A stretch of DNA of 64,000 nt, from positions 62,096 to 126,095 of the forward strand of contig DIWA01000077.1 of assembly GCA_002422525.1 (NCBI GenBank), given 5' to 3'. Below the pieces are notes generated by a model. The model ran no database searches. It worked only from the letters and a program-made list of their open reading frames with translations, and had not been told where the DNA came from. The position numbers were made by a program, and so were the translations under genes. Of the stretch, positions 18,659 through 29,359 are shown in pieces. Positions within the stretch are counted from its first letter, which is position 1; the number at the start of each line of letters is the position of its first letter. This stretch comes from Candidatus Hydrogenedentes bacterium UBA6118 (GTDB taxonomy: Bacteria > Hydrogenedentota > Hydrogenedentia > Hydrogenedentales > SLHB01).

Positions 18659-20677
18659 CTACTCCGCCGGGGTGCGGGCGAGGTCGGCCATCGCCGCGAC
18701 GATGCCGTCGGCAGACAGGGCGGTCTGGGTGAAGCGGATGCGACCGTCGGAGAAAGGCGCGGCGCAGGCGTCACGATCGAAGCCGTAGGGCAGGTGCGCG
18801 AGCCAGAGGGGGCGCGGCGCGACCAGCGCGAGGGCCGTGGGCACGTCGCCGACAGCGCGGATGCACGGGATGTAGTGGCGTTCGACCCAGGCCGCGTCGT
18901 CGTCGATCGGGAACTGGTTCATGTCGATGAACGCGCCGGCGAGCTGGGGGTCGAGGGCGGCGGCGAAGAGGGTCCAGAGACCGGCCTCGCCGAGTCCGGC
19001 GGCGTAGATGGGCTTGGGGTAGCGGGTGCGCAGCCAGGCGAGCGCGGTGAGGATGTCCTGCACGCGATAGCCGGCGTTGGTGGGCATGAAGGTGTCGGGG
19101 AAGGCGCCGTAGGTGCGGGCGTCGGGCTGTCCGGCGAGGAACGGCGTGAGTACGGCGACGGTGTGCCCTTCGCGCTGGAGGGCCTGGATGAGCGGCTCCG
19201 CGTCGACGACGCCGTCTCGGACGAGCAAGGTGACGGGGCCGGATTCGGGCGTGGTGCGGAAGATCATGCGCAGCTCGACGCGTTCGCCCTGACCCGCGCG
19301 GGTAAGCACGATGCGTTCGCCGGCGAGGACATCCTCGGGGACGAGCGCGCGTGTGACGACTTCGACCTCGCTCGGGTCGGGCGGCGCGGCGCCGACGGCG
19401 TCGGCGAAGGCGGGCGCGGCGGTCTCGCGGAAGGCCTCGACGGCATCCGGGGACGTCGGCAGGATGCGCGACCAGTTCTCGCGGACGCGCGCGATGAAGG
19501 TCGCGCGGACGCCATCGGCGGACAGGGCGCCCTCGGGGAGTCGGGCGTCGGGGAACACGCGGAGGGTTTCTACGGGCTCGACGGCGTAGGGCGGCTCGGT
19601 GAAGTGGGCGTACTTCTCAGGCTCGCCGAGCAGATGCGCGCCGAAGAAGCGGTAGACAGCTTCGCGGCTGGCGCGGTTGTAGTTGTGATCGGCGTCTTCC
19701 TGATGGGTCTCGAGGAGGTTGCTCGCGCCGTATAGGGCGTAGACGCTGCGGATCGCGGGATACTCGACGGCGGGCGTGTCGCGGGTCCAGTCGCCAGTGG
19801 CGGAGACCATGAGCATGGGGCGGGGCGCGGCGAGGGCGCTGATCTCCATGTTGGAGGCGTCGCGGCGGATGAGCGGGGCGTTTTCGCAGACGCATCCGCC
19901 CTGCATGGTGTGGGAGATCATGTTGACGGGCGCGGCGACCTTGATGCGCGGGTCGACGGCGGTGAGGATGAAGGTCTGCGTGCCGCCGCCCGAGGCGCCG
20001 GTGCAGCCGATGCGTTCGGGGTCGACGCAGGCGAGACTCTCGAGGTAGTCGACGACGTACAGGCCGCCGACCAGTTGGAGCGCGAAGGGGTGGAATCCCC
20101 AGAGGGCTTCGAGGCGGCGCTGCGACTCGGGGACGCCTTCAGGGCGGTGCGCCCATTCGAAGGGCATCTGCAGGCTGTCGTTGTGGCCGACCATGTCGTA
20201 GGTGAACGCGACGATCCCCATGCGGGCGAAGGTGATGGCGCGGGCGGGCACGGAGCCGCGCTCGCCGTCTTCGAAGCGGCCGCGCTCCCAGTGGCCGTGG
20301 GGGCAGGCGACGGCGGGGAAGGGGCCGTCGCCGACGGGGCGGTAGACGTTGCCCGTGACGTAGTAGCCCGGAAAGGCCTCGATGTAGACGTTCTCGATGA
20401 TGTAGTCGTCTCGGTAGATGCGGCCGGTGATGCGCGCGTTGACCGGAGCGCGGTCCTGGCGCGGCCAGAGTCCGCAGGCGACGAGGATCCGACGGCGGAG
20501 GTCTTCGGCGTAGGCTTCCCAGCCGTGGCGTTCGGTGAACACGCCCATCTCGAACACGGTGTCCGTGTCGCGCACGCGCGTGAGGCGGGCGTCGGGACCG
20601 GGATCGGAGGAGATGGAACTGGAGATCGCGTCCTCCGCGGAGAGGGCGCTCATGAGGCAGAGGGTGAGGGTGAGCAT
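18659..20677 (-). CDS. secreted tandem alpha/beta-hydrolase (acetyl-xylan-esterase/dienelactone-hydrolase-like)
   Basis: signal peptide; nucleophile elbow GCTGASGGG; second hydrolase-like domain with GLGEAG. Confidence 0.5.
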   Translation of the reverse strand: MLTLTLCLMSALSAEDAISSSISSDPGPDARLTRVRDTDTVFEMGVFTERHGWEAYAEDLRRRILVACGLWPRQDRAPVNARITGRIYRDDYIIENVYIEAFPGYYVTGNVYRPVGDGPFPAVACPHGHWERGRFEDGERGSVPARAITFARMGIVAFTYDMVGHNDSLQMPFEWAHRPEGVPESQRRLEALWGFHPFALQLVGGLYVVDYLESLACVDPERIGCTGASGGGTQTFILTAVDPRIKVAAPVNMISHTMQGGCVCENAPLIRRDASNMEISALAAPRPMLMVSATGDWTRDTPAVEYPAIRSVYALYGASNLLETHQEDADHNYNRASREAVYRFFGAHLLGEPEKYAHFTEPPYAVEPVETLRVFPDARLPEGALSADGVRATFIARVRENWSRILPTSPDAVEAFRETAAPAFADAVGAAPPDPSEVEVVTRALVPEDVLAGERIVLTRAGQGERVELRMIFRTTPESGPVTLLVRDGVVDAEPLIQALQREGHTVAVLTPFLAGQPDARTYGAFPDTFMPTNAGYRVQDILTALAWLRTRYPKPIYAAGLGEAGLWTLFAAALDPQLAGAFIDMNQFPIDDDAAWVERHYIPCIRAVGDVPTALALVAPRPLWLAHLPYGFDRDACAAPFSDGRIRFTQTALSADGIVAAMADLARTPAE

Positions 20678-20849
20678 GCGCGTCTTCCCATGGGTTCAAT
20701 CAAACCCTGTAAGCATACCGAGCCGAGGACGGTTACGCCAACCTTTGGCGGCGCGCGGGGAAGAGAGGGATCGCGCGCGGGGAGGCGCTTCCCTGTTTCG
20801 TATATTTCCGTTAGAATGTAAAGGAATTCCCTGGAAGGCGGAGGAGAGC

Positions 20850-21590
20850 ATGATGGACGGGACGGGATCACGGGTCGCCGCGGCGGTCTTGCCGTGGATG
20901 GCGGCGTTGATGTTGATGCTTGCGCCGTGTGCGTTCGCGGGGGGCGTGCTGGAGGTGCGGGTGACGGATGGCGACGGCCCGACGGCGGCGCGGGTGTTGT
21001 ATGGCCGGTGGGACGAGGCCGCGGGGTCGTACGTTCATGTGCACAGCCGGGCGCTGTCGGCGGGGAAAGACCGCATCGCGTTGGCGCCGGGGCGGTACCG
21101 CGTGCGCGCGGTCTACACGAAGACGCTGACGCCGCAGGAGCGGACGATCGAGGGGATCGAGCTGGCGGACGGCGTGGAGGTCGTGCATGAGGTGCGGTTC
21201 GAGAAGGCGACGGCGGTGATCCAGGCGCGGGACAGCGACTGGGACTGGCGGGCGGACGCGCGGATCCGGCTGCACCGCTGGGACGAGACGGCCGGCGGCT
21301 GGACGCTGGTGCGGTCGCGGCGGCTGTCGCACCGCGAGACGCGGGAGCGGTTTGCGTTGGCGCCGGGCGAGTACAAGGCGCAGGTGACGTACCTGGAGAC
21401 GCAGCCGGAGACGGAGTCGGCGGAGACGACGTTCGCGGCGGCGGACGGCGAGACGGTGTCCGTGCTGGCGCTGTTCCGGCATGGGCCGATGCCGCGGCGG
21501 CGGAAGCATGACCCGCTGGCGCGGCGCGGCAGTCGACCGGCTCTGACGCCGAACGAGACGCTGACGGAGCGCACGGACAACCGGGGCTGA
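20850..21590 (+). CDS. secreted hypothetical protein with internal duplication
   Basis: start MMDGTG after GGAGGAGAG; signal peptide; two homologous about 90-aa modules (RVLYGRWDEAAGSYVHVHSRALSAGKDRIALAPGRYRVRAVY vs RIRLHRWDETAGGWTLVRSRRLSHRETRERFALAPGEYKAQVTY); TAGAAT hexamer at 20812-20817, 32 nt upstream. Confidence 0.55.
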   Translation: MMDGTGSRVAAAVLPWMAALMLMLAPCAFAGGVLEVRVTDGDGPTAARVLYGRWDEAAGSYVHVHSRALSAGKDRIALAPGRYRVRAVYTKTLTPQERTIEGIELADGVEVVHEVRFEKATAVIQARDSDWDWRADARIRLHRWDETAGGWTLVRSRRLSHRETRERFALAPGEYKAQVTYLETQPETESAETTFAAADGETVSVLALFRHGPMPRRRKHDPLARRGSRPALTPNETLTERTDNRG

Positions 21591-21614
21591 GCGCGGCGGA
21601 GGGGGCCTGCGAGC

Positions 21615-22957
21615 CTACTGTTCGGGTTCCGGCGCGGGTTCGAGGCGGCGCCAGCCGTCGTCGACGGCGAACACGACCGCGTCGGGTTGCAGCGTGAGGG
21701 TGTGCAGCTCTGGGTAGCGCTCGAGGAGTTGCGCGAAGGCTTCGCTGTCGCGGGCGATGGAGGGGGCCTCCTCGCCGGCGTATCCGCGCTGCCGCCACTC
21801 ATCGCCTACGCGCTCGAAGGCGCGGGGTCCGGCGAGGAGACGCAGGGGCGCGGCGACCGGCGCGGGGGCGTCGGTCTCGGCCTCGGGTGCGCCGGCGGCG
21901 TTGTCGTCGCTTTCCCTGCCAATAGTTATGCCCGCCGTAGCACGGCCCATCGGCTCGTCCGCACTGCCGGGCATACCGCCCATACCGCTCATACCTGCCA
22001 TGCCTCCGGCCATGCCTCCGGTCATGTCGCCAGGGGCGCCGGGCACGCCTCCCGGTACTCCGGTCCCGCCGCCTCCGAACCCGCCCATCGCCCCGCCGGG
22101 CGGCGCGGGCGGGAGGTCCTCGGGGGACACCTGCTGCGCGGCGTCGGCCCCTTCGGCGCGGAAGTCCTCTTCGCCGTATGCCATGGCTTGCGGCGCCGGC
22201 ATGTCGTTCGCGGGTTCAGGAGCGGGCACGGGTTCCGGTTCGGGCGGGGGTTCGGGCGCGCGTTCAGGCGCGGGCTCGGCGGGCGCCGCTGCAGGTGCGG
22301 GCGACGCAGGGGGCGCCGTGGTACGCCGCCTTATCACGAGTCTCTCAGCTTCAGTTGGGGCGGCGTCGGGCTCGGCTTCCGCGGGCGCCTGAAGCGCATC
22401 CGCCTGCATGGAGAGATCCGCGGCCGCCTCGTCTTTCGCACGCCGTTCGGGCGCGTTCTCCTCGGCGGCCTTCTCGGCGGCGGGGGGCTCGGACGCCGCG
22501 AGCGGAGCGATGGCTTCCTCGCGCAGCTCCATCATCTGGACCTCGTGGTATCCGTCCGGCATCGGTCGCTCGGGTTCGGCGAGGCCGGCGATATCGCGGC
22601 GGGCGAGGTCGGGCTGGCTGGCGAACTGGTAGATCACCACGCCGATGACCACGAGGAGCACGGCGGCGGATGCGAGCAACGGGGTTGCGGCGCGGGGCTG
22701 GAGGCGACGCCGGAACCGGATCGGCTCGGGGCGCTCGTCGGCGTCGTCGAGGGCGTTGTGCACGCGACGGAGCAGGTCCGAGGGCGCGTCCTCGCGCGGG
22801 AGGGCCCAGAACAGCGCGTCTACGCCGCGGCAGTCCTCGACCTCGCGCTGGAGGGCGGCGTCTTCGGCCATGGCCTTCTCAAACGCGATTCGCTCGTCCT
22901 CGGGGAGTTCGCCGTCGAGGTAGGCGGAGATTCGCTCTCGCTGTGTTCGGTTGCTCA
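21615..22957 (-). CDS. anti-sigma factor (single TM; Pro/Ala- and Gly/Met-rich extracytoplasmic region)
   Basis: starts 4 nt after sigma gene stop; N-terminal ISAYLDGELPEDER anti-sigma (zf-HC2-like) motif; TM PLLASAAVLLVVIGVVIY. Confidence 0.7.
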
Positions 22958-22960
22958 TCG

Positions 22961-23611
22961 TTATATCAGGGACTGTTCGGCGAGGCGCTTGCGCAGGGTG
23001 CGCCGGGCCTGGTTCAACCGCGATTTGACGGTGCCCTGCGGGCAGTCGAGGACGCGGGCGATTTCCTCGTAGGTCATGCCGTCGATCACGCGAAACACGA
23101 ACGCGGCGCGCAGCGTCTCGGGCAGTTCGTCGAGACATTTCTGCAGCGCGTCCTCGAGTTCGCGTCCGATGGCGACGGCGTCGGGCCGATCGGTCTGCGC
23201 CGCGGCGTCGGCGAGTTGCGGCGCGTTCTCGGAGAGCGTCTCGATCGAGGAGACGCGGTCGCGGCCCTTGCGGGATCCGTCGCGGAATCGGTTCCGGGCG
23301 ACGTTCGTCGCGATGCGGTAGAGCCAGGTGGAGAGCTGGGCCTCGCCCCGGAATTGCTCGATGCCGCGATAGGCGCGCACGAAGGTCTCCTGTGCCGCAT
23401 CGTAGGCGTCTTCCCGGTTGCCCAGGAGACGCAGCAGGGTGTTGACGATGCGGTCGCCGTAGCGTCGGACGATTTCGTCGAATGCCGTTCGGTCGCCGTC
23501 CCGGCAGCGCACGACCAGATCCGCGTCGGATTGCTCCGGGATCTCTTTCACTTGCGCCACCGTCTTGCGGCGTTCCGTTCGTTCGCCATGACCTGCCACC
23601 TTGTTGGACAC
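22961..23611 (-). CDS. ECF (sigma-70 family group IV) RNA polymerase sigma factor
   Basis: region 2 (FDEIVRRYGDRIVNTLLR...AQETFVRAY) and region 4 (MTYEEIARVLDCPQGTVKSRLNQAR). Confidence 0.85.
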   Translation of the reverse strand: MSNKVAGHGERTERRKTVAQVKEIPEQSDADLVVRCRDGDRTAFDEIVRRYGDRIVNTLLRLLGNREDAYDAAQETFVRAYRGIEQFRGEAQLSTWLYRIATNVARNRFRDGSRKGRDRVSSIETLSENAPQLADAAAQTDRPDAVAIGRELEDALQKCLDELPETLRAAFVFRVIDGMTYEEIARVLDCPQGTVKSRLNQARRTLRKRLAEQSLI

Positions 23612-23802
23612 CGAATACGCGTTCGCGTTCGATGATCGTCGCGGGAGGAGGCGGAGTCAAGTCGGCCGCGGGGGGAATGGGCGGCAGGGCGAAACGCGGC
23701 GTTGCTTGTACCCGATGCGGGCTTGCGCTAACGTAGGGCGCTTTCAGGGATGCCTCCCGTCGCATGGGTCGCGTGCGACGGGGATAGCCACGCCAGAGGA
23801 GG

Positions 23803-26256
23803 ATGAGGATGAGCGCGCCGACGGCTGTCGTGCACATGATCGGCCATGGCCATATCGACCCGACGTGGCTGTGGCGTTGGACGGAGGGGTACGAGGAGGT
23901 CCGGGCGACGTTCCGGAGCGCGCTGGAGCGTATGGAGGAGGAGCCGGAGCTGCGGTTCACGGCGAGCAGCGCGCAGTTCCATGCCTGGGTGGAGCGGTGC
24001 GACCCGGAGCTTTTCGCGGCGATTCAGCGGAAGGTGGCGGAGGGGCGCTGGGAGATCGCGGGCGGCTGGTGGGTGGAGCCGGACTGCAACCTGCCATGCG
24101 GCGAGTCCTTCGTGCGACAGGGGTTGTATGCGCAGCGGTATTTTCAGCGCGCGTTCGGGGTGCGGGCGCGCGTCGGGTTCAACCCGGACAGTTTCGGGCA
24201 TGCGGGCACGTTTCCGCAGATCTACCGCAAGCTGGGGATCGCGTACTACGCGTACATGCGGCCGGGACCTCCGGGCGAGCGGGACTACCCGGGCGGCTGC
24301 ACGTTTCAGTGGGAGGCGGGCGACGGGTCGCGGGTGCTTGCGGCGCTGATCCCGTATACGTACAACTCGGACGGCGAGGGCACGCGGCAGGTGATCCGGG
24401 CGTTGCCGACGTTTGCCTGGAACACGCCGGGCGTGCGGCATCTGCTGGGATTCTTCGGCGTGGGGAACCACGGCGGCGGGCCGACGCGGGCGGCGATGGC
24501 GGCGATTCGCACGGAACAAAACGCCGAGGGCGGGCCGGAGGTGCGGTATTCGACGTTGTCGGAGTTCTTCGACGCGGTCGAGGCGGACGCGGACCCGGGG
24601 GCGTTTCCCGTGGCGCGGGGCGATCTGCAGCACCATGCACGGGGTTGCTACACGGCGCACGCGGGCATCAAGGCGTGGAACCGGCGCGCGGAGCATGCGC
24701 TGATGTCGGCGGAGCGCTGGGCGGCCGCGCGGTGGTGGCTGGATGCGGCGGCGTATCCGGGGGCGGAGATCGAGGAGGCGTGGAAACTGGTGTGCTACAA
24801 CCAGTTCCACGATATCCTGGCGGGATCGAGCATCGCGTCGGCGTATGAGGACGCGCGAGATCAGCTCGGGGCCGTGCGGCATCTTGGCGCGACCGTGACG
24901 AACGAGGCGATTCAGACGCTCGCGCGGGACATCGACACGACGACGGAGGGCAACACGATCGTTGTGGCGAACCCGTTGCCGTGGGCGGTGCGGCAGCCGG
25001 TGCGCGTGTCGGCGATCGCGGGGCGGACACTGAGCGAGCCGGTCGGGTTGGTCGATGACGAGGGCGCGGCCGTCGCGGTGCAGGCGGTGAAGGGCGAACG
25101 GATCGGCCACACGGACTACGTGTTTCTCGCCGAACCGCCTGGGCTGGGCTATCGGTGCTACCACCTGCGGTCGGGCGGGGAGCAGCCGGCGTCGGACGAA
25201 CCGCTGCACGCGGGCCGGGATTTCCTCGAGAACGCGTGGTGGCGGCTCGAGCTGGACCCGGACACGGGCGCGATCTCGCGATTGCTGGACCGCAAGTACG
25301 GCGTGGACGTGCTGGAGTGCGGGAACGTGTTGGCGTGTCTGGTGGACGGCACGGACACGTGGAGCCACGACATGGTGGAGTGGCGCGTCGAGGCGGGGCG
25401 GTTCGCGGCGGTGCGTCGGGCGGTGGAAGAGCAGGGGCCGGTGCGGGCGACGCTTCGGGTCGACGCGACATACGGGCGATCGCAGGCGCATCAATTCATC
25501 TCGTTGTACCGCGATATCCCCGCGATTGACCTGACGCTGCACGTGAACTGGCAGGAACGGTACACGTTCTTGAAGCTGCTGTTCGAGACGCGGATCCGAA
25601 ACGCGCACGCGACGAACGGGATCGCGTATGGGTATCAGGAGCGGCCGTTGTCGGGCGGCGAGGAACCGTTCCAGCAGTGGGTGGATCTTACAGGGAACGT
25701 GGAGGAGACGCCGTACGGGGTGGCGCTGCTGAGCGACGGGAAGTACGGGTTCGACGTGCGGGACGGCGTGGTGCGGATCTCGCTGCTGCGGTCGCCGGCG
25801 TATGGATACCATGACCCGTCGCGCCACAACAGCGATGAGTACTGGCCGGTGATGGACCAGGGCGAGCACGTGATGCGGTTCCGGCTGACGCCGCATGCGC
25901 AGCCGTGGCGGGATGCGTCGGTGGCGCGGAGCGCGTGGGAGCTGGACGCGCCGTGCATCGCGCACGTGGAGTCGGCGCATCCGGGGACGCGGCCGCAGCG
26001 GGCGTCGTTCGTGTCGGTGGACGCGGAGAGCGTGGTGTTGTCGGTCGTGAAGAAGAGCGAGGACGGCGACGATCTGGTGTTGCGGGGCTATGAGAGCACG
26101 GGCCACCGGACGGCGGCGCGGATCACGGTGGCGGGGCTGGACCAGCCGATCAGCACGGTGTTCGGTCCGCACGAGATCAAGACGTTGCGGATCCGTCGGG
26201 ACGGGGAGGTCTCGGAGGCCAACCTGCTGGAGGAGAGCGAGGGGAGCGAAGCGTGA
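23803..26256 (+). CDS. glycoside hydrolase family 38 alpha-mannosidase
   Basis: HMIGHGHIDPTWLW and GGWWVEPDCNLPCGES GH38 N-terminal signatures; 817 aa. Confidence 0.85.
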   Translation: MRMSAPTAVVHMIGHGHIDPTWLWRWTEGYEEVRATFRSALERMEEEPELRFTASSAQFHAWVERCDPELFAAIQRKVAEGRWEIAGGWWVEPDCNLPCGESFVRQGLYAQRYFQRAFGVRARVGFNPDSFGHAGTFPQIYRKLGIAYYAYMRPGPPGERDYPGGCTFQWEAGDGSRVLAALIPYTYNSDGEGTRQVIRALPTFAWNTPGVRHLLGFFGVGNHGGGPTRAAMAAIRTEQNAEGGPEVRYSTLSEFFDAVEADADPGAFPVARGDLQHHARGCYTAHAGIKAWNRRAEHALMSAERWAAARWWLDAAAYPGAEIEEAWKLVCYNQFHDILAGSSIASAYEDARDQLGAVRHLGATVTNEAIQTLARDIDTTTEGNTIVVANPLPWAVRQPVRVSAIAGRTLSEPVGLVDDEGAAVAVQAVKGERIGHTDYVFLAEPPGLGYRCYHLRSGGEQPASDEPLHAGRDFLENAWWRLELDPDTGAISRLLDRKYGVDVLECGNVLACLVDGTDTWSHDMVEWRVEAGRFAAVRRAVEEQGPVRATLRVDATYGRSQAHQFISLYRDIPAIDLTLHVNWQERYTFLKLLFETRIRNAHATNGIAYGYQERPLSGGEEPFQQWVDLTGNVEETPYGVALLSDGKYGFDVRDGVVRISLLRSPAYGYHDPSRHNSDEYWPVMDQGEHVMRFRLTPHAQPWRDASVARSAWELDAPCIAHVESAHPGTRPQRASFVSVDAESVVLSVVKKSEDGDDLVLRGYESTGHRTAARITVAGLDQPISTVFGPHEIKTLRIRRDGEVSEANLLEESEGSEA

Positions 26257-26699
26257 ACCTGGAAGCGATTGAGCAGCGTTGCCTGAAGTACCTGGAAGGC
26301 GTCGCGAACCCGGTGGTTCCGTTTGAGACCTTGCTGCGGCACGTTCAGGAGGACGAGGACTGCGGCGAGGTCTCGCGGGCGGAGCTGCTGGCGTTCGTGC
26401 GCGATCATGATCTGTTCCGCGTGCTGGACCCGACGGGGGCGGCGGCGGACCCGGAGGGCGCGGCGCGGCTGACGGCGGCGGGCCTGCCTGCCGGACCGTT
26501 CGTGGTGTTGGACACGCGGATTCCGTCGCGGGATGAGCTGGGGATGATGCTGGCGGCGCAGGCGGACATGCTGATCGAGGCGCTGACGACCGCGGCCAAG
26601 GAGGCGCACGACGCGGGGGACACGGAGCGGATGAACCAGGTCACCCGGCTGATGTTCACGGCGCGGCGACTGCGGGATCAGTTGAGCAAGCACATCTGA
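26253..26699 (+). CDS. hypothetical protein
   Basis: GTG start overlapping GH38 stop; 148 aa, no recognisable motif. Confidence 0.4.
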   Translation: MNLEAIEQRCLKYLEGVANPVVPFETLLRHVQEDEDCGEVSRAELLAFVRDHDLFRVLDPTGAAADPEGAARLTAAGLPAGPFVVLDTRIPSRDELGMMLAAQADMLIEALTTAAKEAHDAGDTERMNQVTRLMFTARRLRDQLSKHI

Positions 26700-26712
26700 G
26701 GGGGCGGCGCGG

Positions 26713-29328
26713 CTAACCGGCTCCCGCGGGCGACGGGGCGGCAAGGCGGAGGGAGACCTCGTGGGGCGCGAGGTCGAGGATGAAGCCGCGACGGGGCACG
26801 GTGCGGATGCAGTCGGCGCGCTGGGGCGCGGCGGCGCGGATCCGCCGCACAAGTTCGCCCTTCTGCACTTGGATCTGCGCCGGTTCGACCACGACGTCGG
26901 CCCAGAGTTCGTCGTAGATCTCGGCGTAGGATCGCATCTCGCCGGGACGCTGGGCGAGGAGTCGGATCAGGCGGTATTGCTTCTCCTGCAGCGGAATGTG
27001 CGCGCCGTCGAGTTCGATGCGGTCGGGCCGGGCGTCGTCGATGATCAGAACGGGTCGCGGTTCGGCGGGGGGCGCGTCGCATCGGGCGTCGGCTTGGGAT
27101 GCCGTGCGGCAGGCGCGCGCGGCCCACGCGATGAGGGCGCGGGCATCGTCCATGGCCAACCAACGGGCGAGGCGTTCGGGCGCGGCGGAGGCCAGGCGCT
27201 CGCGGGTGTCCAGGCGCTCGCGGGCGAGGGCGATCACGGCGCGACGGCTGAGGCGGGGGCGGCCGAGTCGCAGCAGGGGCAAATGGGCGGGGAGGGATCC
27301 CCGCGCGACCCGCTCGGCGAGTTCCGAAAGCCGGACGGCGAGGGCGTCGTCGGCGCCGCAGGCGTGCGCGATGCCCGCGGCGGCGTCGAGCAGCCAGGCG
27401 GCCTGCTGGGATGCGGCGAGGATCTGGCCGTGGAACACGCCGTAGCGCTCCTCGATGTCGAACACGGGGGTCTCGTCGATCCAATCGGCGAGGAGCAACG
27501 CGCCTTTGATCGCGCGGACTTCCTCGAAGAACGGCGCGGCCTTGCTGTCGCGGATGCGGTTGAGGGGGACGTCGCCGCGGTTCTCCGCGTCGGCGGCCTC
27601 CGCGCGCAAGCGGTTCGGGTAGTCGGCGTGCTCGTACTCGCGCACGGTGAGGGCGAGTTGCACGGCGCGTCCGTCGGGGGTGAGCAGGGCGGCGAGGAGG
27701 GGGTCGAGGGGGATCCAGTCGCGGGTCTCTGACTCGTGGATCCAGGCGGCGAGGTCGCGGGCGGTCGCGGGGGCGACGCCCTTGACGGCGGCGGTCCAGC
27801 CGAGGGGCGTGGCTTCGAGGCGGCCGGATGCGGCGACGGCGATCATGCCGAGATCCATGGCGCGGTGCACGGCGGCCTGGATGCGTTCCTCGATCTCGTC
27901 GGGCGTCAACGTGCGCGCCCAGACCCACCTGCCCGTCGGGGTGCGGCCGAGGAACCGGACGAGGTCGCCGAGGGTGCGACAGGCGTTCGAGGCGACCAGG
28001 CGCACGACATGGTCTTCGAGGGGGGCGCGGCCGAGTTGCGGTTCGGTGGGTTCGCGGTCGCCGTTCACGTAGCGTTGCCAGAGCGTGTCCTGGTCGAAGG
28101 GGGTCGGGGCGACGAGGATGGACCGTCCGAAGGGCTTGCCGGCGCCGAAGCGGCCGGCGCGTCCGCCCATGTTCTCGTACTCGCCGCGCAGGATGGGCGC
28201 TTTCCAGGGCGTGCCGAAGCGGGCGTCGTACTGCCACTTGTCGGCGGCGACGAAGACGTTCTGCGCGGGCAGGTTGAGCCCGGCGGCGAGGGTGCTGGTG
28301 GAGACGAGGATGCGGACCTCGCCGTCGCGGAACGCTTGCTCGACGACGTCGCGTTCCTCGGGGGCGAGATCGGCGTTGTGGAACGCGACGCCATGGGTCA
28401 TGAGGTCGGTGAGCAGGTCGCGGGCGTGGGTGGGTTCGAGCGTGCGGAGGCGTTCGAGGGCGCGGTCGGCGGCGGGCAAATCGATGCGGTCGGCGAGGCG
28501 TTGCGCGCCGAACCGCGATTCGTAGCGATCCTTCACGAAGATGAGGCAGGGTTCGCCGCGGTCAGCCAGAACCGCGGCGTTTTCGCGGATGACTTCCCAG
28601 GGCGACTCGGCGGGGCAGTCGACCATCGTCTCGGAGGCTTCGGCGAGGTCGTTGTAGCTGCGGTAGCGGAACTCGCCGTTGTGCAGCACGCCGTAGCGGA
28701 GGTCGACGGGGCGGCGGTCGAACTGGAGCAGCTCGGCCTGCATCCATTCGGCGAGCGCGTCGGCGTCGCCCAGCACGGCCGACATGCCGACGAGCCGTAC
28801 GCCCGCGTCGAGCAGGCGCGTCAGGACGATCTCGACGAGGGGGCCGCGTTCCGGGTCGGAGAGGATCTCGAGTTCGTCCGCGATGACAAGCTCGAGCTGG
28901 CGGATGCGTTCGGGGCGGCGCACGAGGAGTTGGGCGAGCTTCTCGTAGACGACCACGGCGAGGTCGAACTCGCCGCGTTCGAAGGCGGCGTCGAACTCGC
29001 GGTGGTCGCGGCTGGACACGAGCACGCGCAGGCCGTAGGGGGCGTACTTGCGCTGAAAGTCGGCCCACTTCTCCGCGGCGAGCGCCTTGAGGGGCACGAG
29101 GTAGACGGCCTTGCGGCGGCGGAGGGCGGCGTGGGCGGCGGCCATCTCGCCGACGAAGGTCTTGCCGGAGGTGGTGGGGGCCTGGATGAGCAGGTTGCCC
29201 TTGCCGAAGAGGCCGAACTTGCGTACGGCGCGTTCCTGAAGGGGCAGGAGCGTGTCGCTTTCCTCGGCGTTCCAGAGGCGGATGAGTTCCGCGGGCAACC
29301 CGAACTGGAGGAGTTCATGCATGTTCAT
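26713..29328 (-). CDS. Ski2/Hel308-like DExH helicase fused to C-terminal OmpR/PhoB-type winged-helix DNA-binding domain
   Basis: start MNMHELL after GGAGG; motif I APTTSGKT, motif II DELE, motif VI GRAGRFG; Hel308-like ratchet/HhH region; last about 100 aa match trans_reg_C (QEKQYRLIRLLAQRPGEMRSYAEIYDELW...VRRIR...IRTVPRRGFIL). Confidence 0.7.
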   Translation of the reverse strand: MNMHELLQFGLPAELIRLWNAEESDTLLPLQERAVRKFGLFGKGNLLIQAPTTSGKTFVGEMAAAHAALRRRKAVYLVPLKALAAEKWADFQRKYAPYGLRVLVSSRDHREFDAAFERGEFDLAVVVYEKLAQLLVRRPERIRQLELVIADELEILSDPERGPLVEIVLTRLLDAGVRLVGMSAVLGDADALAEWMQAELLQFDRRPVDLRYGVLHNGEFRYRSYNDLAEASETMVDCPAESPWEVIRENAAVLADRGEPCLIFVKDRYESRFGAQRLADRIDLPAADRALERLRTLEPTHARDLLTDLMTHGVAFHNADLAPEERDVVEQAFRDGEVRILVSTSTLAAGLNLPAQNVFVAADKWQYDARFGTPWKAPILRGEYENMGGRAGRFGAGKPFGRSILVAPTPFDQDTLWQRYVNGDREPTEPQLGRAPLEDHVVRLVASNACRTLGDLVRFLGRTPTGRWVWARTLTPDEIEERIQAAVHRAMDLGMIAVAASGRLEATPLGWTAAVKGVAPATARDLAAWIHESETRDWIPLDPLLAALLTPDGRAVQLALTVREYEHADYPNRLRAEAADAENRGDVPLNRIRDSKAAPFFEEVRAIKGALLLADWIDETPVFDIEERYGVFHGQILAASQQAAWLLDAAAGIAHACGADDALAVRLSELAERVARGSLPAHLPLLRLGRPRLSRRAVIALARERLDTRERLASAAPERLARWLAMDDARALIAWAARACRTASQADARCDAPPAEPRPVLIIDDARPDRIELDGAHIPLQEKQYRLIRLLAQRPGEMRSYAEIYDELWADVVVEPAQIQVQKGELVRRIRAAAPQRADCIRTVPRRGFILDLAPHEVSLRLAAPSPAGAG

Positions 29329-29359
29329 GGGGGGCCTCCTGGTCGACGGGGGCAGAATA

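Noticed and set aside
21615-23960. 781-aa ORF treated as one protein
   Set aside because: It spans the anti-sigma gene in frame but continues through the sigma gene in the wrong frame. The real anti-sigma begins at the ATG at 22957, 4 nt after the sigma stop.
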